Notes under the pieces: model-generated
What the model was told of the DNA's origin: nothing
The model's input: only the letters and a program-made list of their open reading frames with translations
Databases searched by the model: none
Assembly (NCBI GenBank): GCA_044892525.1
Contig: CM097885.1
Location: 4,962,001-5,026,000, forward strand
DNA from: Schmidtea polychroa
Lineage: Eukaryota
DNA: 64,000 bases
Reading direction: 5' to 3'
Part shown: piece by piece, positions 1 through 11,601 of the stretch
Layout: each line of letters starts with the position of its first letter
Position numbering within the stretch: the first letter of the stretch is position 1
Position numbers and translations under genes: made by a program

Positions 1-1290
1 CACCAGATCAGCACCAAACAAGAGCCGATGATGGCGTGTAACAAGAAACAGTGCACTGGAGCACCTGGGAGGGGAGCATGCGGGGGGGGGGGTAATGCGG
101 TGGCAGGAGTGATCGAGAGGGGTTATGAATGAGTGATGATGAGTTGCTATCATCGCATCAGCATCCGTTGCAAGCTCGCAATCCATTCCGCACTGGCTGA
201 GATGGCTGATTGATTCTATCCAGTGATAGGTGAGGTGATAGCTGCTGAGTGCTTGATTTGCATTTGCAAATGTTCTATGTGGCGGCGGGGCGCTCACAGC
301 AAATGGCCAATTGCAATATCAATATCAATTATATCATTGAATAAAAGCAATTAATTAAATCAAAAACATTTAATATCAATTAATATAATCAATTAATTTG
401 AATAATTATTATAATTAAATTAATAATTAATGTGAAAGAAATAATCCAATCAAAATCCACCCGAATATAAGCGCTGACAAATCGCCTCAACAAATCAAAC
501 GCTCCTATGACGAATGGAACCGACGAGAAACCCGCCATCGCTGCTGCTGCTTATGTTATATAAGTTGTGGAGAAATTATTACTAAAATTGCCTTATATCA
601 AATTGATTAATGCCTTAACATTTCACCTTCGCCAGCTATTTGTGAGGCATTTCAACGCAATCCGCAACAACAATACTGATAAAATGTTCCAAATTGCTTT
701 CACATCAGTTTGGGTAAGTTTACCAAAATGAGAGCTGTCGATGCGATGAGGGCAATCGGTGCTTTCTAAGCTCTATCAAATTCTGTTACGCATTCTTTAA
801 TTAATTTTTCTTTGCATCTTTCATGAAATTTGGATCTCTTAAAGGTCTCGGGTCCGATTTGCTGATCATATTATTGATAATATAATGATAATATTTGCAT
901 TTGTAATGAGATCCTTTTTAATAGCTAATGAAATGATTTAATATTAAATAATGTAACATTTCATAAATTTATTAACTTTTTCATTAGCTAAATTTTCAAA
1001 TATAATATTAATAAAACAAAAAAGATTTCATGTAAATTAATATTTAAATTAACAAATATGAAAATTTTTATGAATGAATTTTACTTATTAATAAAAAACT
1101 AAATTTATCTTAAAATCGTGAAGATTTCATGTTTGTATTTATTTAATATATTAACAAAAGGGTATTAAGTAAATAAAACATTACGAATAAATAGATTAAT
1201 TAGTAGAGATATTAAAACAAGAAATAAGATTATTATTATTATCATTTTAATACAGCACGTAATAAAATATATTTAAAAAGGCCGGAAATA

Positions 1291-1521
1291 GTAGTCTACT
1301 TTTGGTTAACAAAGCCAATGGCCCAAATGACGTCATCTCTGCGTTCGTCAAGTTCTACCCCTTTTAAAATCTCTGGCTTTGAAGTGTATAGCTTAAACCT
1401 CTTAATTCTAAACCTTGGAACTTCTGAACCGCTGAATAAGTAACTGAACAGGGTGGAACTTTCCTCACTACGAGATGACGTCATTTGAGCTCTTGACTTT
1501 GTTAGCCAAAAACTATACTAC
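1291..1521. mobile_element. MITE-like element with ~50-bp imperfect terminal inverted repeats
   Basis: 1291-1339 (gtagtctacttttggttaacaaagccaatggcccaaatgacgtcatctc) is an imperfect reverse complement of 1472-1521. No clean TSD seen. Confidence 0.6.
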
Positions 1522-2498
1522 ATGTGGTTTCGAATGAATGAATAAAATAAAAAATAATGAAGCTGCTCTGAGAGGACCGGGTAATTGTTGTTGTTGTCTT
1601 TTTATGCAACTGTCCTCTCAGTATATTTTTTAATTCGGATCTTTTTTTTTATTTTTTAACTTCTTTTGCTGTTCGAATTTATTCTAATATACAAGTTGGC
1701 CAGACTTGTACACCAGACTCAATTCAAACATGCAATGCGTCTTATTAACGCGAAGTGGATTTCAAAGGTGGTTTCAACGTATTGCCGAAAGATCGAAAGA
1801 GATTCGAAAGACTGAGAACCAACTCGAAAAATAAACAAATGAAACAATTCAGTGGTCGATCATAGGTGTGTTCGAAAGACATAACATCTATTCCGGTTCG
1901 CCACCACACCTGGTTCAATAAATATATTTTTCTTATTTGTTTTTTAATTAACTTAAAAAATACTAATATACACATAAAAATATATTTATACACATACATA
2001 CACTATAATATATAAAATAGTTGTTATATTAAAAACAGAAACATTGAAATTAGTTTATAAAAAAATAGTCTTACTTTGGATTTGAACCATGTCTATTACT
2101 GATGTTTGTTGAATAGATTCCCACTCACCTTTCTAAGCTTTTGATTTTTCTTTTTTTTATAAATTCTTTTTTTATCTTTATTTTTGAAACATTATATGAT
2201 TAAACATTTTTCTAGATTGAAAATAACTTTTCCTTAATTATTATTTTTTAAGATATTTAATAATTGTGGGAATAGAATGAAACTCATTTATTTTATTTTT
2301 ATACTTATTAAAAAGGCATTCTTCCTTAATCATCTGAGGGCAAAGTGCATAATAAGATCACCATATTTAACTTCTAAAATCTATCAACATCTTGTTTATT
2401 TAATTAAAAATTTTGTTTTCTATTTCATTCATTTATAGATATAGAATTTGGTAATGTGAGTTTTTTTATTTTGTATTTTTAATATTTTTACTATAAAA

Positions 2499-2654
2499 AT
2501 GTCTAAACATTATTGCGAATCTTGTAATAAATATATTTTAAAATCTCATAAAGCAAGACATGAAAGAACTAAAATACATAAACTAATAATAGATTTTCAT
2601 TTGTGTGTGTTTCTTTTGACTTTCAGAGAACTACCCAACAATATTTATTTTTAA
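2499..2654 (+). CDS. 51-aa small ORF with a single U1/matrin-like C2H2 zinc-finger motif
   Basis: Manual translation gives MSKHYCESCNKYILKSHKARHERTKIHKLIIDFHLCVFLLTFRELPNNIYF*, with CxxC...HxxTxxH. Too short to appear in the ORF track. Confidence 0.4.
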   Translation: MSKHYCESCNKYILKSHKARHERTKIHKLIIDFHLCVFLLTFRELPNNIYF

Positions 2655-3174
2655 TTAATATAAAACACCAACTAAATATATTGTAAAAAATATTTTGACC
2701 GTTTAATAGTCTTCTAGGAACAAGAAATCGTAATAATATATTAATTATTTAATGATTATTATTTAATTATTAATTATTTATTAATCACTTCTTTTATTCA
2801 TCATTCTCTTTTTTAGTAGGCAATTTTTCGAATGCGTTCATCATTTATATTGTACGGATTAACGTTGTGTACTTTTTGCATTAGTTAAAGTATAATCATA
2901 AATTTTGATTTGACTTGGTGCAGTTTCCGAGCTATGTATTTCCTACGCATTCTAACAAACTCAATTTTTCAGCTCTACAACATGTGTTATAAAAAATATC
3001 TTATTAAAGTTTACTAAAATAATCAATGGTATCATTTCGAGTTTTACATTTGATAAAATTTCAGAATTTTAATTATTTAAAAGAATTAATTAAATATCAA
3101 ATATATTATTATGTGATTATTAAATAATACTTGTTTATATTTTCATTATTTACTGCATCAAATTTAAATATGTT

Positions 3175-5488
3175 ATGGAAAGCATCAATGTTTTACCTAT
3201 ATTGATTGTTTTCGAACATAAATCTAATAATTCATTTAATAAGATTATTTATCAAGGTTCTTTTTATTACATATTTTTGTTTCATTGAAATATTCATATT
3301 TACTATAGCTGAAAATTTAACTAATAAAAGTATCTTAAATTACTCAAATAAGTTAACTAGACCTGAACAAACATTTGAATCTCAACTTGGTGAACGTAAA
3401 TATAAATTGCTAAATATTATAACACTTAAAGGAAAAGGTAATTATATTCTATTTCCGATAAGCTACGGTTTTATAAATAAATAATAGATCTGAGAAATAT
3501 ATGCGAAACAATGGAAAGTGACAAGTTGAAATCCGATACAGATATTATTGATTTTATTTCCGGAAATCCAGCTAATGAAATAACAGAAGGAATTATTCAT
3601 TTTTATAAAGATGAGTATGAATATTTAGTATTTATATTGTAGCTTATCCCATTAACTTTTACAAATTTGAAATTTAATGATATATTCAGGAAAAATTCAT
3701 TTTCTCATCGAACAAAAATCTCAACTCGTGTTTTATGCATGATCTCGGTTCCTAGATCAATGAGTATAAGAGATGTGTTAGATTTCACAGCTTCTTATAG
3801 AGATTATATTGACGAAATGAAAGTCGTAAAAGATTCCACCCCGAATGAGTATATCGTTTTGTTGAAATTTCGATCTTGTGTAAGCTTTTAGTTGTGAAAT
3901 ATAGGCTGCCAGTGCAAGTTTGGGATAAATATAATATATAATAACAATTTAAGTTTAAAAATATTTGTTTGTAAAATCTCGAATTCTGATTGGTTTATTT
4001 TATCGATTAATGTGAAAATTAGGATTAAATCGTTTTTGATATTGTTAACAGGGGGTTTATTGGAGTTGGATGATACGAAATGAATTAAACGGTTATTGGG
4101 GATCTTTTCTTACGGTATGGATATCATTGGCATGTTTCGGAGGGTTCCTAAATGACCTGACAATTCTTGTCCAATAGAAATGCTACCCTTAATTACGCTG
4201 GCAAACTATTTGATAATCGCTATTTTGACAGCATTTCTACAGGAGGATGCCAACAATTTCTATGATAGCTTCAACAATATCAATTTCAACAGTCTCGAAT
4301 CATCGGTTTGCCATTTAGCGTATGTGTCCCATGTCGAATCGTTAGCGTCATCGTCTGTGAGTCGATGTGTTCTTGACATCCGATTAATGTAATTTAGAGC
4401 ACTGGGTTTCCATTAGTGGATTTAACTGAGCTCCCGACCTGTCCGGTTTGCCTTGAACGATTAGTAAGCTGTTCTATTAGGGGCTTTATGAATCTCCTCA
4501 TATAGGATGAGCCTTTGAATGGCATTCTGACAATCGTTTGCAATCACACATTCCACAGTAAATGCATTCAGCAAATGAATGAATCAACGTAAGATTTTGA
4601 TTGTGGTTCCAATTTGCAAGCTGGTGATGATTTATTGATCAATTCAGCTGTCCCGTGTGTCGGTACCCCCAGACCCCGCAAATAATGAGTGACAAATACA
4701 AATGTGGAATGTGTGATCTGCGTGAGGATCTATGGCTGTGCTTGATTTGTGCCCATATAGGTTGCGGTAGGCTTGAGAACAAGCACGCTGAGTTGCATTT
4801 TTGCGATACCGGTCACACATTTTCCATGAAAATCGGTAACAATTTGGTCTGGGATTACGCTGCTGATGCCCATGTCCATCGATTGGTTGCCAACACAAGT
4901 GACGGTAAACCCGTTGAAGTCGACTCTGAAGATCCCGATGATAAGAAATTGTCGAGTATCTGTATGGAATATACGGCAATGTTGGCAGATCAGTTATCGT
5001 CTCAGCGAGCCTACTTGGAAAGCGAATTTTGCGTGAAATTATCGATAATAGAAAATAAATTAGAGCATCAACTACAGATAAATAAAAACCTGGAAGATGA
5101 TTATCAATCGGCACTGAGAGATAAACAAAGAATTGAAAGGCAATTTAATCAGATGGCATCGAATTTCAAACAGCTTCAGAAACAAAGAGAGGAAGAAGCC
5201 AGTATGAATGTATCTTTGCTTGATAGACAAAATCATTTGAATAAGACTCTTAAAAGTAAAGATGATGAGTTGAAAAATCTACAGGAACAATTGTCAGATT
5301 TAATGATTAATTTGCAAATGGGATCAAAAATTGCGGAAGCCCAAAGTAGAGGAGAAGTATATATTAGTAGATGAATATTTCAGTGTTAATTTGAATTTCT
5401 TTAGCTCAATGAAGATGAAATTAACAGTTCCAGTGTTTCAATCGGTCCCACCTCTCGAGGAAGAACTCGTCGTAGTAAAAGAAAATAA
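3175..5488 (+). CDS. BRAP: BRCA1-associated protein (BRAP2/IMP) E3 ligase, ~9 exons
   Basis: Approximate exons: 3175-3256, 3309-3438, 3489-3614, 3690-3879, 4243-4356, 4399-4463, 4506-4588, 4647-5356, 5405-5488. Motifs: FISGNPANEITEGIIHFYK; BRAP2 domain (DSTPNEYIVLLKFR, FNSLE); RING (ELPTCPVCLERLDE...CNHTFH..C...TCPVCRY); ZnF-UBP (LWLCLICAHIGCGR...VWDYAAD.HVHRL); C-terminal coiled coil. Confidence 0.93.
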
Positions 5489-5867
5489 ATAATTTAATTA
5501 CTTTCATCTGTTTATTTATGAATACATGATTTATGTTTTGATTCTGTTGTAAATGATATTTATTTGCAAATCATTATTTTTCAATTAGTGATATTTAATA
5601 AGTCCTAGTCTATATTTGAAATAACTATTTTCGAAAATTAAACTTATCGAATATAATAAACTAAGAAGACTATGCTTTATAATAGTTTATATCTACTTTT
5701 CAAAATAATAAAGATTTCTTAAATTTATTGTTTAAAAATACTACAGTTGTTTAAATATTCGATCATCACAATTTAAAAATCGTAAATATTTGTAATGTAA
5801 TCTATCAAAAACTTTTTTTATTAAATTGACAATTTATTTATTGTCAAAGAATTTTTAAATAATTTTC

Positions 5868-7050
5868 ATGTCGAAACATAAATGCCCTGAATGCAATAAA
5901 TGTTTTCAAAATCGCTCCAGGAAAAGCTTATGTATGAGAAGGCATAATAATAAAAATTTAGTATTCCAATGTCCATGTTGTCCACGCGTGTATAGAGATC
6001 CAAGCAGTTTAAGGAGACACAAAAGACTATATGAACATAAAAAAATTAAAGAACAAGTAATTAGTCTAGATCACATAGCTTTGATAAAAATGCCTAAGGA
6101 GCCTGAAATATCTAGGCAAACGGTTACTGCTCCTGAAACTGTCGTAATTCCTATGAATCTCAGCTGTGAAATTTCCCAGCCTCATCAAATAATGACAACT
6201 CAACAGGAAATTATTTCCAAAACAACCTTACCTTCAATTGACACATTTGCTTTTAACCATTCAGCAATCGACTGCAGAATTAACAATTCCAAAGACAATC
6301 AGGTTTTATTATGCATTTATCTATAAACAATATTATATTCCTAAATTTTTTTTGCCAAGTAATTTTTTATTAATTTGAATAAATAATTTCTATTTGATAA
6401 AATTGATAATTTTACATTTTTAAATGAATTAAATAATTTTTTCTTCTTATTTGTTCATGTGAGATTGGATCGGTGATTAATGTGATCCGATCGATAATGG
6501 CTGATTATTCCCGTTTGTTATTGCTCTCATTAATTGAAATTGGTGTACATATTGATATAACATTAACCCGTTGCCGCTGATAGCATGTAACTGCTATGTT
6601 TCTATTTGGTATAATCGATAAAGGGGCTGTGAGCCCCATCGCACCTCTGTTATCGATTTTCTATCGGATTGTTTCATTTAGGCCTGTCCAATGTTCCCCG
6701 AACGAGCTCTCGATCTTACATCGACGTTCCGGCCGAAAGTATTCATCAATCCGTGCTCGGCACTCTCATTCGGACCGTCGTCAATGACAACCGGTGACAG
6801 TGATAGTTTCCAGTGCCAGTATCCGATCAACTTGACGATTCACCATCATTCCAACGGTTATTATGCCTACGATTCACCGGTACCGATCGATTTGAGTTAT
6901 CAGACATTCTGGAATTCCAACAATAGCTCCCAGCCAATCAATTTCACGAGCCTCCTCAACAGCACCTCCTGTCCACTCGACCTCACATTGGACCAGTCGT
7001 ATTCCCATGAATATGATGGCAATTCCTCTGAGATCGGTTGGATTTGTTGA
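5868..7050 (+). CDS. Putative two-exon zinc-finger transcriptional repressor (~267 aa): two N-terminal zinc fingers plus multiple PxDLS-like motifs
   Basis: Exon 1 5868-6302 (CPECNKC..., CPCCPRVYRDPSSLRRHKRLYEH) ends at phase-0 donor CAG|GTTTTA. Acceptor TTTAG|GCC at 6681/6682 is in frame with ORF 6691-7050 (ALDLT, PINLT, PIDLS, PINFT, PLDLT). The join is inferred. Confidence 0.62.
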
Positions 7051-7158
7051 TGGATTTCTATTAATAAATTCCTGTCTTGATTTTTATTGGCTGTTGATTT
7101 TGATTTGCTGATTTGTTTTCTGTTATTATTTGTTTTAATATCACAGATTTTATTATTG

Positions 7159-8583
7159 ATGAATTCCGTTAGTGAAATTGGCAAGTTTCAGATGGTCGAG
7201 ATAACAATTAATAGTGCAGCTGAAATTGCCGTTTGGGATCCTAATTGTGAGTTGATCTTGATTTATTGATTAGTTTATCGGTTCCCTTTTTTTGTAATTG
7301 TTCTAGCTGTAAGATTTCTCCGTGACGAATGCCGCATTTTCGGGAAATTTATCGGATCTGTTGCCAGGTTGCCACACAAAACCGTTTTTAAGGGACTGCC
7401 ATTAATCTTGGGAGTAGAAGAGCTGGTGGTATTGTTGAAGGAGCACTCAGGACAGGTCAAACTGGTGCGTAGCACTAGCTTAGTGTCCCCATCAATATCC
7501 CAACCGTCATCTTCCAGCATTGACCAATACAAATCCGACCTTGATCACAATTATAATGAAATAGTAATTTTGTTACGATGACTCCCCATTATCATTGTTT
7601 GTTATATGCAGTCCAATATCATCCAGGCAATGAAATTAGGTAGGTCAAATTTGCATTTTGCCAGTATCAGGGATGCCCCGATTCACAGACGGAAACGAAA
7701 AGCAGGTAAATTTCCTTTAATAGCACCTTTGTGAATCTCGTCATTGGAAATCACTAATAGTGAGTCGAGAAATTAGGTTATGTGTGCTAGGGTGTAAAGG
7801 GTGAGTTATCACATGGCTCAAGTCATTAGTACCACTACCACGACTTCCAATCTTTTTATTTGTCTGTCTTCAACTGAAATTTTTACAGCTCGCTTCTCTG
7901 TTCTAGATTCTCTTATACATTTCATAACTAGTGTCAGTCAGTAATTTCATTCCATCTAGACGGCTTCTCTGTCGACATTGCTCCGCCAGTAGCTCCCGAA
8001 TTGGAACAGGTTTTTGTTCATTTGCCCACAGGCACCCCGACTGATTGGTTACGAACAGGTGAGAAAGAAACTATAGACATTCCCGAACTGTTGTCACTAG
8101 CTGAAGGTATTTTGTGATTGAATTACCCGTTATTGCTTCGGTTTTAGTCCTAGATTTCGTAATAAGTTTAATGGAACGGAAATTTGAACAGAAAACTACG
8201 TTAGATGTTATCGTGAAAACTGCCGTGTTCTATAAACTTTGGTCTCAAGGTCATTGCGTGACTACCTCATGCAAGAAAATGGGAGGCGACTACCTCCTCT
8301 ATTCTGGTTTCAATTGCTTCTGTCATTTTATCGGTTAATGATTTTCACAGGAGATCCGTGGTTTCATCATGCTACACATGTCGTCAGAATTCTACCGCAA
8401 ACCTTGGAAATGCAACCTTCTCAATTGATCTCCAAAATCCGATTGATTAACAGTTTGAAAAAAACATATTTAATTGCTTGGTACGATGACAATGTCGTTG
8501 TCAAATCATCAAATATGTCAAGCATAGTAGGACATTTGAACATCAGTTTTAATTGCCTCAGTTGGTGTGGCAGTATCCCATAA
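7159..8583 (+). CDS. TSEN34: tRNA-splicing endonuclease catalytic subunit Sen34, ~6 exons
   Basis: The N-terminal VWDPNSVRFLRDECRIFGKFIGSVARLPHKTVFKGLPLILGVEE resembles the Sen34 N-terminus. The C-terminal VFYKLWSQGH...KMGGDYLLYSGDPWFHHA...SLKKT retains Tyr/His/Lys at the expected catalytic positions. Confidence 0.85.
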
Positions 8584-9009
8584 TAATATTCATGGGGAGG
8601 GACCATTTATGCAATAAATTTCCCGTTGTTCCATTACATTTTTTAGTAGCATGAATTATTATTTATATGTGAATAATGCACTTGAAAAGTGCGATTTGTG
8701 ATTTATACATTACCAATCTGATTGCATGTAATTCAATTTTTTAATGCCCCCACAAAAATGAATGTAAAAATGAATGTCAATTACATAATAGAAAAAAAAA
8801 TCAAATTTTATTTTAATAAACATCCATGCCGGTTAGGGCTGAAGGGGAGAGATTCTCACCCTTAAAATTCTAAAGCTTCTTTCTTTAAACTATAAACGAT
8901 AAGAAGCTTTCATCTTTTAATAGGTAGTTAGACTTCGGACATCCATAGGCAGATAAGCTTTTTTTAGATTTAACACAATTCAATCCGTATCCATTCGGAA
9001 GGTTTTAGG

Positions 9010-9800
9010 ATACAGATTGCAGATACAAGCCCAAGACCACCAAGTTTGCTAGATGCATATAAGAAGTTGTCATTTATTTTCATCACTCTATCTCCAATAG
9101 AGTTTTTAATAGCTCATTTAACTTGTAGGTCAAAACCAGTGCTCGAAGTGAGGCGGGATAGCCGGGATATTATCCCGGCATTGATTATGTAGGCGGAATT
9201 GCATCCCGGCACTTCATTTCATATAATCTATAGGTTTATCCCGGTACTTATTTCATTTTATAGGCACACAAATACTGCAATTAAGGTCACACATAGTACA
9301 TCCATATATGTATGTATATATATATTCTTTATTCTCTCTAAAATTGTTTGACACCCCCCCCCCACATTAAAACAGGTACACCCCCTGAAACTTATGATTA
9401 AATGGGTGGACACCCACCCCCCCCAAAAATAATTTGTTGGACACCCCCCAAAGTTTTGCAACACCCCCAACTGAAAATTTCTGCATAAAAGCCTGGAATC
9501 CCGGGTGCCACAGCATGCCTATCCCGGCACATATTTTGTTCCACTTCGAGCACTGGTCAAAACCATGATTGATGTTGCGAGGTGAGTCAAAAATGTTATG
9601 ACACAGTTCCGATATGTTAAAATAAGACGGGAGTGAATGAAGATCTTAAAAGCATTTATTTTCCTGGAGGGGTGAAGATGCAATTGAAAAATCTTTTTTG
9701 TGTCTTGAATGACAGTTTCAAGTCTTTCATGAATTGAGTGTTTCGTTTTATGGGAGAAGTCAACACCAAGGTATCGATATAAATTGGAATTATCAATTCT
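9010..9800 (-). pseudogene. Non-LTR retrotransposon RT C-terminal relic, interrupted by a MITE
   Basis: YRYLGV...LHPSRKINAFKIFIHSRL lies right of the MITE. It continues left of the MITE as GFDLQVK*AIK...FLYASSKLGGLGL. YxYLG and GGLG are typical post-RT motifs of R2/NeSL-type elements. Confidence 0.7.
9137..9555. mobile_element. hAT-type MITE
   Basis: TIR cagtgctcgaagtg / cacttcgagcactg. Perfect 8-bp TSD GTCAAAAC at 9129-9136 and 9556-9563. Confidence 0.9.
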
Positions 9801-10042
9801 AGGAAGGGTTTCACCGTATGTGGAAATTGGGTGGTTATTGTGGAATAGTCCCACCTCTGAGGCGTAATGCTCCACCGTGGGAAACACTGGTTTATAAACT
9901 CCGACTAACTACGACCTGTTGACTCCATTTTTAACTGAGTTGTAAGCACCTTCAACCCGGAACGCCAAAACTATCTACAATGTAGAGAACGAGTTTGATG
10001 TATTCAAATATATGTTTTCCGGCCACACCATTGCCTGATCAT

Positions 10043-10451
10043 TGTATGGGTCGCCGATAAAATATGAAATAAACAGTTATTGATGACTCCAAACCGTGCC
10101 TTATTGAATAGCAATAACGTTTAATTCTGTTTCCTTCTTTTCTTTACAATTTCTCCCGTTTTGAATCAGGTTGTTTCTTTTTATAGTCGGTAATCCAATG
10201 GTACTTCCTGATATTGAAAATAGTTTAGATAAAGTTCTATATCACGTACAGGCTACCGAGATACGCAAATTTAATTTGGATTTTGTTTTTTCTTCTTCAC
10301 TTTGTACTTGTTGATTAAGAAAGATCTTGCTGTGTTTAATTTTTATTTATTCTTTTATTTTCAATTTCTTTTTCTCCATTTCATACATTTTCCCATGATC
10401 ATTTTATTCTATTAATAATTATTGGATTTTATTATTTAGGTATCCTCAACA
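10043..10451 (-). mobile_element. Short or deleted solo LTR related to the 50525-51529 LTR
   Basis: TG...CA ends. Shares 'gactccaaac(c)gtg' and 'tatttaggtatcctc(a/g)aca' with the 50.5-kb LTR. Flanks are tcat/tctt. Confidence 0.55.
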
Positions 10452-10795
10452 TCTTTTACACTTTCATTGCAGTCATTTTGTATTATAATTCATCGAAATT
10501 ATAATTATAAATAAATTAATATTATTAAATGAAAAGCTCATACTAATAGATGAGAAATCCTACTTGAAAGTTGGCATCTTTGTGAGTAAAATTACATTTT
10601 TAATTTTAATAGGAAATTTATTATTACAACTTTTAAGAAGTCCCTTTGAAATTCATTAGAACTGGACGCAGTTAACACTAGAAATAGTAATAAAAATAAT
10701 AATTTTAAATATATGAAAACGAGCAAAATGAAAACCAAAAACTCAATCATAATGATAATCAGGAATACATCTTAATTTATCATGAAACCTAAGGA

Positions 10796-11552
10796 TCAAG
10801 AATCGTCAATAACGAGGTTAGAGACAAAAGATTTATAGTTAATTTTGCCAGATTCTGGTTCAATTGCTGCTGATAACATTTCTTCCATTTCTTCTTGAGT
10901 GAAAGGCTCACCTGAAATATTATAATAAAATATTTGAAGGCTGGAAATAATTCGATCTGCTGTTCATTCGATGTTCACCAAGACAACTTTTATTTTAAAA
11001 AAGGTCATTATGCGACCTAACAACTCCTAAAATACTTACTTTCTATTTGTGTTGCTAGGAATAAGTCGTTGGCCACTGCCAAAATTTAGGAAAATAATAA
11101 TAATGATAGTATTAAACAATTAAATGACAAGATAAGTCTTTGTAGCTTTAAAATGATTTATAAAATGTATATAATAAATTATAATTTAAACCAAGGGTGG
11201 GGAACCTTTTTATGTCCATAGGCCACATTGAAATTTGTCGCCTCCAAATGGGCCGCAGTCAATCAGTATTTTAACATTAATTAATTTCATTTTATATCTT
11301 TTGTTTATATACAGTTAGTAATTAAAACAATGTTTATAATTAGTTTCCAGATTTGAAAAGTGCAGCTGTACGAAATATTCTGGAAAATGTGTATTATTTC
11401 TGAATCGATAAATTTAATCAAATAAGTCATCATTTCACAAATGAGTGCTCAATAATCTTATTTATTCGGCTACATACGTTTTGTATTTATGGGTGTGAAT
11501 GATTGACTTCTATATTTCGTTCTTTGTACTCGGCGTGATGCTCGCACGGTAC

Positions 11553-11601
<49 letters not shown>

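Noticed and set aside
760..870. Minus-strand MISKSDPRPLRDPNF resembling the Ndc80 DPRPL motif
   Set aside because: The frame stops after 22 aa and no supporting exons were found.
1296..2130. Minus-strand ORFs and splice-like sites near 1.3-2.1 kb
   Set aside because: The 1296-1484 ORF lies inside the foldback element. The candidate splice gives only a ~21-aa peptide.
4644..5114. Antisense ORFs over BRAP, the pol gene, ABCF and the coiled-coil exons
   Set aside because: They are shadow frames of real coding sequence.
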